Below are positions 51,545-62,788 of a stretch of 64,000 nucleotides of DNA, one piece after another. Below the pieces are notes generated by a model. The model saw nothing but the letters and a program-made list of their open reading frames with translations, was not told the origin of the DNA and ran no database searches. Source of the stretch: Gemmatimonadales bacterium (GTDB lineage Bacteria > Gemmatimonadota > Gemmatimonadetes > Gemmatimonadales > GWC2-71-9); the NCBI GenBank assembly GCA_035763885.1, contig DASUAH010000034.1:104-64103 (forward strand), in the 5' to 3' direction. The position numbers were made by a program, and so were the translations under genes. How positions within the stretch are numbered: the stretch's first letter is position 1; every line of letters starts with the position of its first letter.

Positions 51545-52894
51545 CTAGGCGGATGCGCCGGGCAGACTCACCGCGGGCGGGAGGCGGTTGCCGCCGAGGA
51601 GCGCACGCACCCGGTCACGGATGCCGGTGAGGATCTCCTGGTCGCTCGGGTACGGCGAGTCGAACGCCGGCCGCAGCGTGATCGGCACGTCATCCATGCG
51701 GTACACCGTCCCGGTCACGTTGATGCCGTAGGTGGCCGTGGTGAACGCCACCCGTGCCAGCTGGCTCGTGTGGGTGACCTTGGGGTCGAGCGTGATGACG
51801 GGGATATGCCGGAGGTGCTCGATCGCCGCCTTCGGGAAATTGGACGCGGGATCGCTCGCGATGATCAGCGCCGCGTCGGCGTCGCCGCGCGACAGGGTGT
51901 CCACCGTGGTGAACTCGCCCGGGTTGAACCGGGGGAAGCCGCGGCTGAAGTTCACCCCGAACGGGAAGCCGGTCTGCCACGACACCACGTTGTCCGCCCC
52001 GGTCACGTTGCCGTGCCCCCGCACGGGCTTGGCAACCCAGTGCGCGAACTCGTTGAGGTCCGTCGCCAGCGCGAGCAGCGCACCGGAGTTGAAGTGCCGC
52101 CCGCGGTTCATCGTGAGACCCATGCCGAACAGCAGCGCGCCGTAGCGGCAGCTCTTCATCCGCGCGACGAGATCCTCGAGGACGGCGAGCGACACGCCGG
52201 TCCGCCGCTCGATCGACGGATCGACCTTGCGCCCCCTGACCAGGGCGCGGAGCGCCCACAGCACCTCGAAATCGGTCCGGGGCTTGACCTGGATGAAGAT
52301 GTCGGCCACCGGCGTGCTCGCCGTGCGACGCACGTCGACCAGCACCACCGTCCGGTCCTTCCGGCCGTTGGGCGTGTACAGGCCCTTCGCGGTCACCGCG
52401 TAGCGGGTGAAGAGCCGCGGGTGCGCCTCGGCCGGGTTCCCTCCCCAGAAGACGACCATGTCGGCGCGGTTCTTGATCTCGCCCAGCGAGGCGGTGCTCT
52501 CGCCCACGCCCTGGAACGCGATCCCCGACGGGCCGTGGCAGACCGAGGTCGTGGTGTCCACCGTGCCCCCGATCATGTCGCCGATGGACACGGCGACCCG
52601 CTGCGCCTCGCAGGTCGTATCCGAGAGCCCGTAGATGATGGGGAACCGGGCCGTGGCGAGGATCTGCGCCGCTTCCTCGATCGCGTCCTCGACCGTGGCC
52701 TCCCGGCCCCCGATCAGCGCTGCCGGGCGCGCCTCCACGCCGTGCTCCCGGAACCACGCCTTCCCGAGCACGCAGGCGTTTTCGGCCTTGGTGATGCGCT
52801 TGTGCTCGAGGTCCACGGTCAGCACCATGTCGTCGCACACGCAGCCGCAGAACGTGCAGGTGGCGTTCTCGACCACCCGGGTGTTTTCGCTCAT
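51545..52894 (-). CDS. fwdB: formylmethanofuran dehydrogenase subunit B, catalytic-type (Mo/W-bisPGD fold with Cys-His ligand motif)
   Basis: 449 aa. N-terminal Cys cluster ATCTFCGCVCDD, TSVCHGPSG (Cys119 = TGC at 52538-52540, His120) and VRGHGNVTGADN. ATGA overlap with the fwdD stop. Confidence 0.9.
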   Translation of the reverse strand: MSENTRVVENATCTFCGCVCDDMVLTVDLEHKRITKAENACVLGKAWFREHGVEARPAALIGGREATVEDAIEEAAQILATARFPIIYGLSDTTCEAQRVAVSIGDMIGGTVDTTTSVCHGPSGIAFQGVGESTASLGEIKNRADMVVFWGGNPAEAHPRLFTRYAVTAKGLYTPNGRKDRTVVLVDVRRTASTPVADIFIQVKPRTDFEVLWALRALVRGRKVDPSIERRTGVSLAVLEDLVARMKSCRYGALLFGMGLTMNRGRHFNSGALLALATDLNEFAHWVAKPVRGHGNVTGADNVVSWQTGFPFGVNFSRGFPRFNPGEFTTVDTLSRGDADAALIIASDPASNFPKAAIEHLRHIPVITLDPKVTHTSQLARVAFTTATYGINVTGTVYRMDDVPITLRPAFDSPYPSDQEILTGIRDRVRALLGGNRLPPAVSLPGASA

Positions 52895-53268
52895 CCCGCT
52901 ACTCCTCCAGAGGGCGACGCGTCCTCCCGCACCGGCTCCACCTCCACCTCGAGGTTCTTGGAGATGGGCATCCCGCTCGCCGCCGTGTCACTCGCCATGA
53001 GCTCGCTGGACGCGGGCCCGTAGGCCATGAACAGGACGCCAGGCGGCAAGTCCTTGGTCTCGCGACTCTTGCACCGTACGACGGTCTCCCCGCCCGGCGT
53101 CCGCAGCCGCACCCGGCTGTTGTTCGCCAGCCCGAGACGGGCCATGTCCTCGACGTTCATCTCGACGGTGGTCGTCAGGTCCACGTATTCCGCGCCGAGC
53201 TTTCCGGCGCACAGGGAGGTCCCCTGCTTGCTGGAGCGCCCGCCGATCAGGGTCATCACCTCAGGCAT
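52891..53268 (-). CDS. fwdD: formylmethanofuran dehydrogenase subunit D (molybdopterin dinucleotide-binding beta-barrel domain)
   Basis: 125 aa. LIGGRSSKQG......K...Y......VEMN.EDM..LG......V.L....G..VV.C...........G..FM pattern typical of FwdD/FmdD. Confidence 0.85.
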   Translation of the reverse strand: MPEVMTLIGGRSSKQGTSLCAGKLGAEYVDLTTTVEMNVEDMARLGLANNSRVRLRTPGGETVVRCKSRETKDLPPGVLFMAYGPASSELMASDTAASGMPISKNLEVEVEPVREDASPSGGVAG

Positions 53269-53320
53269 ACGCCCCGCGGGTGGTGGATGATTCCCTACTT
53301 ACACCCGGGTTTCCCCGGTA

Positions 53321-54705
<1,385 letters not shown>

Positions 54706-54709
<4 letters not shown>

Positions 54710-55602
54710 GCGAGGATCTGGTGGAGGCGGAAATGGTGCCGGCCGAGCTTGCCGCCGTAGTCGCCGGCGCTGACCCGGCGGATCCCGTGCTCTGCGCCGA
54801 GCTTCAGGACCGCCTGGATGCCGGTCCGCATCGCGGCGGCGACATCGGGCGGCCGGAGGCCATCGATGACGATCTCCATGACCGCTCCGACGTCGGGGGT
54901 GAGCTGGGTGGCGGTCACGCCCCGGATGGTGGGGCAGAACGCGTCGTTGGTGGACGCACGGAGCGTCGCGTATTTCGAGCCCAGCTTCGAGCCCGAGCGG
55001 ACCACCCCGCCGGGGAATGGCATGATCACGTTCGGAATCTGCCGCATCGCGGCCACCGCCGCCTCGCACGCGCCGAGCGCCTGCGCCTGCGACTCGGCCA
55101 GCACGAGGAAGTTGCCGCCGCCCACCCCATTCACCATGCTGGTCGTATCCTGGATCAGGAAATCTCCGTCCATCACGGGAATCCGCCAGTACCGCTGGCC
55201 GCCGATCAGCTTCGAGGTCTGGAACCCGTCCCCGAAGAAGCGAAGGTACTTGCCGAGCGGCAGCGGCTCGCCCCCCTCCACGCCCGCGAAGACCGCGCTC
55301 GTCGGGGAGGTCAACACGCACTGCCCGACCCGGCGCTCGAGCTGCTTCGTCAGCTCTTTGGCAGACACCGCGAAGAGCAGCACCGAGATCCCGGGGCGAC
55401 CGTCGGGCGTCTCCTCGGCCGTCAGCTCGCGCTCGATGCCGGCCTCGCAGCCGCATCCGATCACCGAGGTCGCGAAGCCCGTGGCCGCGGTCGCGGCATG
55501 GTAGGCCCACTCCAGGTCCTGGGCGGTGATGAGAAACCGCGTGGCCTTCATGTCGAAGGCCTCCGCGAACGCGTCGTCGATCGTGACACCGTTGATGATC
55601 AT
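54706..55602 (-). CDS. fhcD: formylmethanofuran:H4MPT N-formyltransferase (Ftr/FhcD), copy 2
   Basis: 298 aa. MIINGVTIDDAFAEAFDMKATRFLITA...TGFATSVIGCGCEAGIE...FFGDGFQTSK...WRIPVMDGDF. Start at ATG 55602. Confidence 0.9.
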
Positions 55603-55607
55603 CGGGG

Positions 55608-57269
55608 TCAGCGCCGGCAGGGGTGAGTGACCACGCCGGCGCCGTGCCCGAAGGCCAACATCTCCTCCTCGGCGATGCGGAAGTTCTCCGCGCGAATGGT
55701 GTGAAACCGCTCGAAGTAGCTCTGGAGGCGCCGCTCGATGCCACGGTCGAACCCCGGCGCCACGGTGTGGAATCGTCCCCAGGTGACGCCCACGATGGTC
55801 CCGTTGCGAGCCACCAGCTCGCCGTCCTTGAACACGTACTCGGGCGCCGCGAACATCCGCTCGCGGTCGGGCTGGTCGCGATAGACCGTGATGTCGGCCG
55901 CGGCGCCGGGACCCAGATGGCCGCGGTCGCTCAGGCCGAGGATCCGCGCCGGCGCCGCCCGCGTGAGGATCGCGATCTCGTACAGGGAGTACTCGCGGTC
56001 GATGGTGCCCAGCGTGGTCATGGCCCGCGCGTCCGGCTGAATGAGCGCCAGCCGCTCGTTCCGGAAGGACCGGTCCATGAGCAGGCGGATGAGCTCGGGG
56101 TAGCTGGTGAACGGCGCGCCGTTGGGGTGATCGGTCGTGAGGAACACGCGCCAGGGGTCGCTCACCAGGAGGAAGATCTCGAGTCCGACCGCCCACTGGA
56201 GCGCGTTGACGAAGTTCTTGTCGCGGTAGCGGAACGGTACGACTCCACACCCGGCATCGCACTCGATGTCCATGATGACGGCTTTGCGGGGATGGCCGTG
56301 GGGGACGTTGCGATACTGGGCCATCGTGTCGCCCGAGGCGGTCACCGTCTGGCCGAACATGATCTGCCCCACGTCGCAGCTCACGTTCGGCTGGCGGTTG
56401 ATCGCCTCGGCGACGCGCGCGGCTCCCGAAGAGAATTTCCGGTCCCCCTCGGTGCCGTAGCTGTGGAACTGGATGTGGGTGAGGTGGATGGGGAGCCCCT
56501 CCGCCGCGCGCATCGTGTCCAGCGTCGTCGCGAGGTTGCCGGGCACGCCGAGGTTGCTGGCGTGCACGTGGAGCGGGTGCGGCACGCCCAGGTCGTCAAC
56601 CGCGCGGGCGAGCACGCGAACGATGTCCCGGGGCGTAACCTGGTAGTAAACGTGCCGCTCGTCGAGGTCCAGCTTCCGCTGGTTGAACTTGAACGCCGAG
56701 ATGCCGCCCGGGTTCACGACCTTGATGCCGATACAGCGCGTCGCGTGGAGGGTCCACGCCACGTAATCGTTGATCACGGCCTGCTCCTCGCCGGCCGCGA
56801 GCAGGCGCAACAGGAAGTCGTCGCTCCCCAGCATGGCGTAGCCGCCCTTGTCCACGATCGGCGTGTCCCCCATCTCCAGATGCGCCTGGCGGGCGTTGAC
56901 CGGCAGGATCGCGGGCTCGAAGCAGGTGGTGTATCCCATCGTGGCGTAGCGATAGCCCGCGGCGAAGGTTCCGGGCGCCGCGTGCCCGCTGGACGCACGG
57001 GTCAGCTCGGCGCGCGCCACCGGGTCGGCCCGGTGGTCCTCCGGCAGCATGGCCCGTGCGAGATTGACCTTGCCGCCGCCGATGTGCGTATGGATGTCGA
57101 TCGCGCCTGGCATCACGATCCGGCCGGTCAGGTCGTACTCGCGGTCGATCCGCTGCCTCGCCCCCGGCGGCGGGACGATGCGGTCCCCGCGCACGTAGAC
57201 GTCGCGCACCTGGCCGGCGACCGCATGCGCCGGGTCGTACAGCCGGCCACCCTTCAGTTTCAGCAGCAT
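55608..57269 (-). CDS. fhcA: formylmethanofuran dehydrogenase subunit A homologue (FhcA-type amidohydrolase), copy 2
   Basis: 553 aa. PGAIDIHTHIGGGKVN. Collinear with copy 1 but clearly diverged. Confidence 0.9.
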   Translation of the reverse strand: MLLKLKGGRLYDPAHAVAGQVRDVYVRGDRIVPPPGARQRIDREYDLTGRIVMPGAIDIHTHIGGGKVNLARAMLPEDHRADPVARAELTRASSGHAAPGTFAAGYRYATMGYTTCFEPAILPVNARQAHLEMGDTPIVDKGGYAMLGSDDFLLRLLAAGEEQAVINDYVAWTLHATRCIGIKVVNPGGISAFKFNQRKLDLDERHVYYQVTPRDIVRVLARAVDDLGVPHPLHVHASNLGVPGNLATTLDTMRAAEGLPIHLTHIQFHSYGTEGDRKFSSGAARVAEAINRQPNVSCDVGQIMFGQTVTASGDTMAQYRNVPHGHPRKAVIMDIECDAGCGVVPFRYRDKNFVNALQWAVGLEIFLLVSDPWRVFLTTDHPNGAPFTSYPELIRLLMDRSFRNERLALIQPDARAMTTLGTIDREYSLYEIAILTRAAPARILGLSDRGHLGPGAAADITVYRDQPDRERMFAAPEYVFKDGELVARNGTIVGVTWGRFHTVAPGFDRGIERRLQSYFERFHTIRAENFRIAEEEMLAFGHGAGVVTHPCRR

Positions 57270-57333
57270 CGGGTCAACCCGGGTTGGGCGGGAACCTGGG
57301 ACGGGGGACGAGCGGAACCGGTCGCGCCGACGG

Positions 57334-58626
57334 CTAGAGCGCGGCCTCGATGGCGTCCAGTACCTGTGCTACGCTCGGCAGCGCCGAATCGCGCAGCCGG
57401 CGGAGAGGCAGGGTCACCACCCGGTCGGTGCGAAAGAGATGGCCGGCATGGTCGATCCCGGGCGTCCCCACCGGGACGAACACCTCCGGCTCGCGATCGA
57501 GCGCCATCCCGGCGCGGCCCAGTACCACAGTCGGGACCGTGCTGCGGGGCGGCCCCCGGGTCGGGTCGAAGCTGGAGATCCACACCAGCACGTCGGCCTC
57601 GCCGCCCTCCAGCAGGCGCGGAGCCGAATAGAGGTACGCGTCGGCTTCCGGAAACCCGCAGCCGAACGAGGTCCGGAAGCCGTAGCCGGTCTGCCACACG
57701 TGCACGTTGTCGCTCGTGATGTCGCCGTCGCTGCCGCCCAGCGGCAGTCCGCTGAATCGCGTCGTGCGATTGAGATCCATGACCAGCTCACAGATCGCCT
57801 GCACCGCGAGGTCGGCGTGCGGAAAGTCGAGATCGGCGGCGGCCCACGCCACCACGCCGTAGCGGGCGGATCGCATCCGGCCGGCGAGCTCCATCCAGAC
57901 CGGAAGCGGCACGCCCGCCACCTCGCGCGCCTGCACCGCGCGTCCGGCGACCAGCGCGCGCAGCAGCCCGAACGCCTCGGGCAGCCGCGCCGGCGCACAG
58001 GGGATGGCCGCCGGAGCGGGGCCCGGGAGGGTCAGCCCCTCCGGCACGTCGCTCCCGACGAACACCACCTCGCAGCGGCGGTCGGTGCCGAACAGGGTCT
58101 CGCGGTTGGCGATGCACCGCTCGAAGAAGCGGGGAAACCGGCGGGTGATGTCGCTGCCGGCCACGACGAGGAGGTCGGCGCGGTTGCGGACCTCCGACAG
58201 CGTAGTCGTCATCCAGCCGCCGTCCTGCAGCACCAGTATGTTCCGCAGCACCGCGGGGGAGTTCATGTGATCCAGCACCCCGCCGCACCGGTCGGCGAGG
58301 CGCCCGGCCGCGCGCGCGCCGGCGACATCGGTCGCGAGGCCGGCGAAGAGCGGCTGCCGTGCGCCCCGCAGCAGCCGGGCCGCCTCGGCCGCGGCCTCCG
58401 GCAGCGTCGCCGCCCGCCCGCCTACGCGGGGCTCGGCGTCGCGAGGCAGCGACGCCTGCTCGAACGCGGACACGCTGATGGGACAGCCGTTGGCGCGCAC
58501 GCACAGCCGCCCCCCGTCTCGCGCGACGACGAGATCGTCGCACGTGAGCCCGCAGAACGGGCACGCGACGTTGCCGATTTCGTGCGACGGGGAAGGCGCG
58601 GACGTGCTCGCGGAGGACATAAACAC
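57334..58626 (-). CDS. fhcB: formylmethanofuran dehydrogenase subunit B homologue lacking the catalytic Cys-His (FhcB-type), copy 2
   Basis: 430 aa. It keeps the N-terminal Cys cluster (VACPFCGLTCDD). At the positions aligned by eye to copy 1 it has ...GGVLDHMNSPAVLRN (Ala-Val in place of Cys-His) and SGLPLGGSDGDITSDN (in place of VRGHGNVTGADN). The start may be ATG 58620. Confidence 0.85.
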   Translation of the reverse strand: MFMSSASTSAPSPSHEIGNVACPFCGLTCDDLVVARDGGRLCVRANGCPISVSAFEQASLPRDAEPRVGGRAATLPEAAAEAARLLRGARQPLFAGLATDVAGARAAGRLADRCGGVLDHMNSPAVLRNILVLQDGGWMTTTLSEVRNRADLLVVAGSDITRRFPRFFERCIANRETLFGTDRRCEVVFVGSDVPEGLTLPGPAPAAIPCAPARLPEAFGLLRALVAGRAVQAREVAGVPLPVWMELAGRMRSARYGVVAWAAADLDFPHADLAVQAICELVMDLNRTTRFSGLPLGGSDGDITSDNVHVWQTGYGFRTSFGCGFPEADAYLYSAPRLLEGGEADVLVWISSFDPTRGPPRSTVPTVVLGRAGMALDREPEVFVPVGTPGIDHAGHLFRTDRVVTLPLRRLRDSALPSVAQVLDAIEAAL

Positions 58627-58646
58627 TCACTAAGATGTATAGTTCC
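58621..58646. promoter_or_regulatory. AT-rich patch between/over divergent starts (candidate bidirectional -10 region)
   Basis: aaacactcactaagatgtatagttcc contains TAAGAT (+, 58631-58636) and ATACAT/TATACA (-). Only 8-14 nt separate the annotated divergent start codons. Confidence 0.3.
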
Positions 58647-59798
58647 GCCGCCATCGCAATGCCGAATCGCACCGCTGTCGGATCCCATCCGTACCTCGTC
58701 GCCGCGGTGACCGGCCGCGCGCTGGCCGCCTCCGCCGCGCGGGGCGGGCATGCCACCGTCGTGCTCGACTGCTTCGCAGACCAGGACACCCGCGCGCTCG
58801 CCGCCGCCTCTCGCGCTGTGATGAGCCCGCGCGGGATCCGTTTCGACGGCACTGCGCTGCTCGGCGCCGCGGGCACGCTGGCCCCGCCCGCACGGTGTGC
58901 CGGCCTGGTGTACGGCTCCGGATTCGAGGGTCGCACGGCGCTGCTCGGGCGACTCGCCGCCGGTCGCCGGCTGTACGGGAACCAGCCCGCGGTGGTCGCC
59001 GCCGTGAAGGACCCGCGGCGATTCTTTCCGCTCCTCGACCGCCTCGGCATCCGCTATCCCCCGGTGCGGTTCCGGCCGCCGGCCAGCCCCGCGGCATGGC
59101 TGGTCAAGGAGCCGGGTGGAGCCGGGGGCGCGCACGTGCGCCGGGCCGACCGGGGTCGGGCGCCGGCCGGCGCGTACTTCCAGCGCTTCGCGCGGGGCCG
59201 GTCCCTCTCGGCGCTCTTTCTGGCCGACGGCCGACGCGCCTGCGTCCTCGGGTTCAGCGCGCAGTGGACGATGGCCGCGCGGCCCGGACGGCCGTTTCTT
59301 TACGGTGGCGCGATCGGCGGCGTTGGTCTCCCGGCCGCGGTCGAGTCCGATCTGCGGGCCCGACTCGACCGGCTGGTGGCGGCGACCGGTCTGGTCGGGC
59401 TGAACGGCCTGGATTTTCTCCAGCGGGGCGATGCCTGGCTCGCGCTCGAGGTGAACCCGCGCCCCACCGCCACGCTGGAGCTCTACGATGCGGATTACTC
59501 CCGCGGGCTGTTCGACTGGCACCTTCGCGCCTGCCGGGGCGAGCTGCCGGAGCGTGCCGCGCGTCCGCGCGCGGTGCGCGCCCACGCCGTCGTCTACCTC
59601 AGCGGCCCCGGGCGCGTGAGCCGGGCGTTCAGCTTTCCCGACTGGTGCCGCGACGTCCCGGCGCCGGGGACGCGGTTCGACCCGGGCGACCCGGTGTGTA
59701 CCGTCCACGGGGCGGCCCCCAACGCCGAGCGGGCGTTGGCGCTGGTCCATCGCCGCCGGACCATCATCCAGACCGCGCTGCTCGGCCGGGCGGCATGA
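58635..59798 (+). CDS. ATP-grasp domain protein of the H4MPT/MFR cofactor-biosynthesis cluster
   Basis: 387 aa. ATP-grasp core (WLVKEPGGAGGAHV...FQRF..G...S..F..DG....LG.S.Q...........Y.G........LVGLNGLDF......W..LEVNPRP). An alternative start is ATG 58659. Confidence 0.8.
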   Translation: MYSSAAIAMPNRTAVGSHPYLVAAVTGRALAASAARGGHATVVLDCFADQDTRALAAASRAVMSPRGIRFDGTALLGAAGTLAPPARCAGLVYGSGFEGRTALLGRLAAGRRLYGNQPAVVAAVKDPRRFFPLLDRLGIRYPPVRFRPPASPAAWLVKEPGGAGGAHVRRADRGRAPAGAYFQRFARGRSLSALFLADGRRACVLGFSAQWTMAARPGRPFLYGGAIGGVGLPAAVESDLRARLDRLVAATGLVGLNGLDFLQRGDAWLALEVNPRPTATLELYDADYSRGLFDWHLRACRGELPERAARPRAVRAHAVVYLSGPGRVSRAFSFPDWCRDVPAPGTRFDPGDPVCTVHGAAPNAERALALVHRRRTIIQTALLGRAA

Positions 59799-59811
59799 CA
59801 GGAGGGATCGC

Positions 59812-60741
59812 GTGACGCTGCGCGTCGCCATCATCACGGACGATCCCGGCTGGCACGGCGCCCGGCTGCGGCGCGCGTTCGAGGCCCGCCACGGAGAGGT
59901 GCGCTACGTCAGCCTGCGCGACTGCCGCATCGACCTGCAACACGGCTGCCACGGCCTGTTCATCCCCGGGTTCGAGCAGCGCCTGCCGGACGGCGTATTC
60001 GTCCGCGGGGTCCCGGGCGGCACACTGGAGCAGGTCGTGCTGCGCCTGGACGTGCTGCACGCGCTCCGGGCGCTGGGCATTCCGGTGTACAACGACGGCC
60101 GCGCCATCGAGCGGACCGTCGACAAGGGAATGACCAGCTTCCTGCTCGCCCGCGCGGGCCTGCCTACCCCCGCCACCTGCGTCACCGAGACGCCCGACCA
60201 CGCGCGCGCGTTCCTGCGGCGTGAAACCGCCGCGGGCCAGGAGGTCGTCGCCAAGCCCCTGTTCGGCTCGCAGGGCGTGGGGCTGAGGCGCCTGGTGGCC
60301 GGCATGGACATCCCCGACGCGTCGGAATGCAATGGCGTCTGGTACCTCCAACGCTACGTCGAGACCGGCCCCGCCAACGAGGGATGGCACGACTGGCGGG
60401 TGTTCGTCATCGCCGGCGCGGCGGTGGCCGCGATGGTGCGGCGCGGTACCAGCTGGGTCAACAACGTGGCCCAGGGGGCGCGCTGCGAGGCGGCCGAGCT
60501 CGAGCACGAGCTGGAACGCCTCGCGGTGGCCGCCTGTCGCGCGGTCGGGGCCGACTACGCCGGCGTGGATCTGGTGCGCGGCGGCGACGGCCGGCTGCAG
60601 GTGCTGGAGGTCAATGGCGTCCCCGCGTGGAAGGGCCTGCAGGGCGTGACCCAAGTCGATATCGCCGACTGTCTGGTCGACGATTTCGTCTCGCGGCGGC
60701 TCGGCGACCGGCCGCGAGCGGCGGCGGCCGCCAGCGCGTGA
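59812..60741 (+). CDS. mptN: RimK-family alpha-L-glutamate ligase (MptN-like, H4MPT:glutamate ligase candidate)
   Basis: GTG start after GGAGGG. VVAKPLFGSQGVGL, WRVFVIAG, GADYAGVDL and LEVNGVPAWKG motifs. Confidence 0.8.
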   Translation: MTLRVAIITDDPGWHGARLRRAFEARHGEVRYVSLRDCRIDLQHGCHGLFIPGFEQRLPDGVFVRGVPGGTLEQVVLRLDVLHALRALGIPVYNDGRAIERTVDKGMTSFLLARAGLPTPATCVTETPDHARAFLRRETAAGQEVVAKPLFGSQGVGLRRLVAGMDIPDASECNGVWYLQRYVETGPANEGWHDWRVFVIAGAAVAAMVRRGTSWVNNVAQGARCEAAELEHELERLAVAACRAVGADYAGVDLVRGGDGRLQVLEVNGVPAWKGLQGVTQVDIADCLVDDFVSRRLGDRPRAAAAASA

Positions 60742-61733
60742 AGATCTTCGTCTACGAGTTCATCACCGGAGGCGGGCTCGCCCGGCAGCCGCTGCCGCCG
60801 AGCCTGGCGCGCGAGGGCGGGATGATGCTGCGCGCGCTGCTCGACGATCTGGCGGAGCTGCCGGGCATCGTCCTGCTGGCGAGCCGGGATTCGCGGCTGG
60901 CCCCGGTGCCCGGTGTCGAGACCATCGTGGCAGCCCCGGGCGATGATCCGCTCGCGGTCTATACGCGCGGGCTGGACGCGTCGGACGCGACCTGGCCGAT
61001 CGCGCCGGAGGCCGGCGGGGCGCTCGAGCGCCTGGCCCGCGCCACCGTCCGCTCGGGGCGGCGCCTGCTCGGCTGCGGGCCCGATGCCGTTCGCCTCGCG
61101 GCCAGCAAGCGCGCGACGGCGGCCGTGCTGAGCGCCGCGGGCGTTCCCGTCGTCCCGACCTTCGCGGCTTCCGAGGAGTTGCCGCGCCTCCCCGGGCCGT
61201 GGGTTGTGAAGCCCGACGACGGAGCCGGGTGCGACGACACGTTCGTCGTTCCCGACCGGCGCGCCGCGCGTGAGCGCCTCGCCGCCGACCCCCACAGGCT
61301 GGTAGCGCAGCCCTGGATCGACGGCGCCCCGGCGAGCCTCTCGCTCCTCTGCGGCGATGGCGGGGCGCTCCTGCTCGCGTGCAACCGTCAGGACGTGCGC
61401 ATCGCGGACGGGCGGATCATCCTCGACGGTCTTGGGGTGAACGCAATCCGCGACCCCGCGGGGCGGTTGGCCGCGCTGGGCGAAGCCGTCGCAGCCGCCA
61501 TCCCGGGGCTCTGGGGCTACGTGGGGATCGACCTGATTCACACCAGCGGCGGCCCGGTCGTGCTGGAGATCAACCCGCGAGTCACCACCTCCTACTGCGG
61601 CCTGCGCGCAGCCCTGGGCATCAATGCCGCCGCCCTGGTGCTCGACCTCCTGCGGCCGCACGGCCGCCGGTCCGGCTGGCGGCGGCCGGCGCGCGGCAGG
61701 CCGGTGCAGATCGCGCTCGCGGCCCGGACGTGA
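60738..61733 (+). CDS. ATP-grasp ligase (MfnD-like, tyramine-glutamate ligase candidate for methanofuran/methylofuran synthesis)
   Basis: GTG 60738 overlaps the previous stop (GTGA). VKIFVYEFITGGG, PWVVKPDDGAGC, VGIDLI......VVLEINPRVTTSY. Confidence 0.75.
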   Translation: MKIFVYEFITGGGLARQPLPPSLAREGGMMLRALLDDLAELPGIVLLASRDSRLAPVPGVETIVAAPGDDPLAVYTRGLDASDATWPIAPEAGGALERLARATVRSGRRLLGCGPDAVRLAASKRATAAVLSAAGVPVVPTFAASEELPRLPGPWVVKPDDGAGCDDTFVVPDRRAARERLAADPHRLVAQPWIDGAPASLSLLCGDGGALLLACNRQDVRIADGRIILDGLGVNAIRDPAGRLAALGEAVAAAIPGLWGYVGIDLIHTSGGPVVLEINPRVTTSYCGLRAALGINAAALVLDLLRPHGRRSGWRRPARGRPVQIALAART

Positions 61734-62788
61734 ACGCCGAGCCCGTGATCGGCTGGGATCTCGGCGGCGCCCACCTCAAGGCCGCGCGCCTGGGTGGCTC
61801 GGGCGCGGTCGAGCGGGTGCTGCAGATCCCCTGCCCCCTGTGGCAGGGGATGCACCATCTCGATGCCGCCCTGGAGCGGGCGGCAGCGGAGCTGGGCCGC
61901 GCCTCCGTCCACGCCGTGACGATGACGGGCGAGATGGTCGATCTCTTCGGCGACCGCCGGGAGGGCGTGGCCCGGCTGGTCACGGCGATGCGCGAGCACG
62001 TGTCCACTGCCGCCCTGTGGCTGTACGCGGGTGCCGATGGCTTCCTCGAGGCCGACCGGGCCGGCACCGCGGCCGGCCGGATCGCTTCCGCGAACTGGAT
62101 GGCGAGCGCCTCGCTGGTCGCCGCGCGCGTCCCTGCCGCGCTGCTCGTCGACATCGGCAGCACGACTACCGATCTGGTGCTCGTGGAGGGCGGCTGCGTC
62201 CGGGCGCGCGGCCGCGACGACGGCGAGCGCCTGGCTGCGGGGGAGCTGCTCTACACCGGCGTCGTGCGCACGCCGGTCATGGCTTTGGTCCCCCACGTCC
62301 CGTTCGGGGGCGAGTGGGTGCCCCTGATGGCCGAGTGCTTCGCGACCACCGCCGACGTCCACCGACTGGGTGGACGGCTGCCCGATGGCGCCGACCAGCA
62401 CCCGGCCGCCGACGGGGGCGAGAAGACCATCCCCGGCAGCGCGCGGCGCCTGGCGCGCATGATCGGTCGCGACCTGGATTCGGCGCCGCCTGGCGCGTGG
62501 CGCGCCCTCGCGGACTGGCTGGCTCGCGCGCAAACCCGCGCGATCGGGGACGCAGCCGACCGGCTGCTCTCACGGGGGCTCCTCGCCGATGACGCCCCCA
62601 TGGTCGGCGCGGGGATCGGCCGGTTCGTCGCGGCGGAGCTCGCGCGGGGTCGCGACCGCCCGTACCTGGACTTCGGAAGCCTGGTGTCCGGCAGCGACCC
62701 CGAGCGCGTTCGGGCGTCGGACTGCGCGCCCGCGGTCGCGGTGGCGTGGCTGGCCCAGCGGGCGCGGCCGGGTCAGAGACCGGTCTAG
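61730..62788 (+). CDS. hydantoinase/oxoprolinase-fold 'H4MPT-linked C1 transfer pathway' protein
   Basis: GTG 61730 (GTGA overlap). VIGWDLGGAHLKAA, LVDIGSTTTDLV, GELLYTGVVRTPV. ASKHA-type phosphate motifs. Confidence 0.8.
   Translation: MNAEPVIGWDLGGAHLKAARLGGSGAVERVLQIPCPLWQGMHHLDAALERAAAELGRASVHAVTMTGEMVDLFGDRREGVARLVTAMREHVSTAALWLYAGADGFLEADRAGTAAGRIASANWMASASLVAARVPAALLVDIGSTTTDLVLVEGGCVRARGRDDGERLAAGELLYTGVVRTPVMALVPHVPFGGEWVPLMAECFATTADVHRLGGRLPDGADQHPAADGGEKTIPGSARRLARMIGRDLDSAPPGAWRALADWLARAQTRAIGDAADRLLSRGLLADDAPMVGAGIGRFVAAELARGRDRPYLDFGSLVSGSDPERVRASDCAPAVAVAWLAQRARPGQRPV

Noticed and set aside
51545-52894. Possibility that FwdB is itself a selenoprotein
   Set aside because: The metal-ligand position is encoded by TGC (52538-52540), a Cys codon, and the gene has no in-frame TGA.
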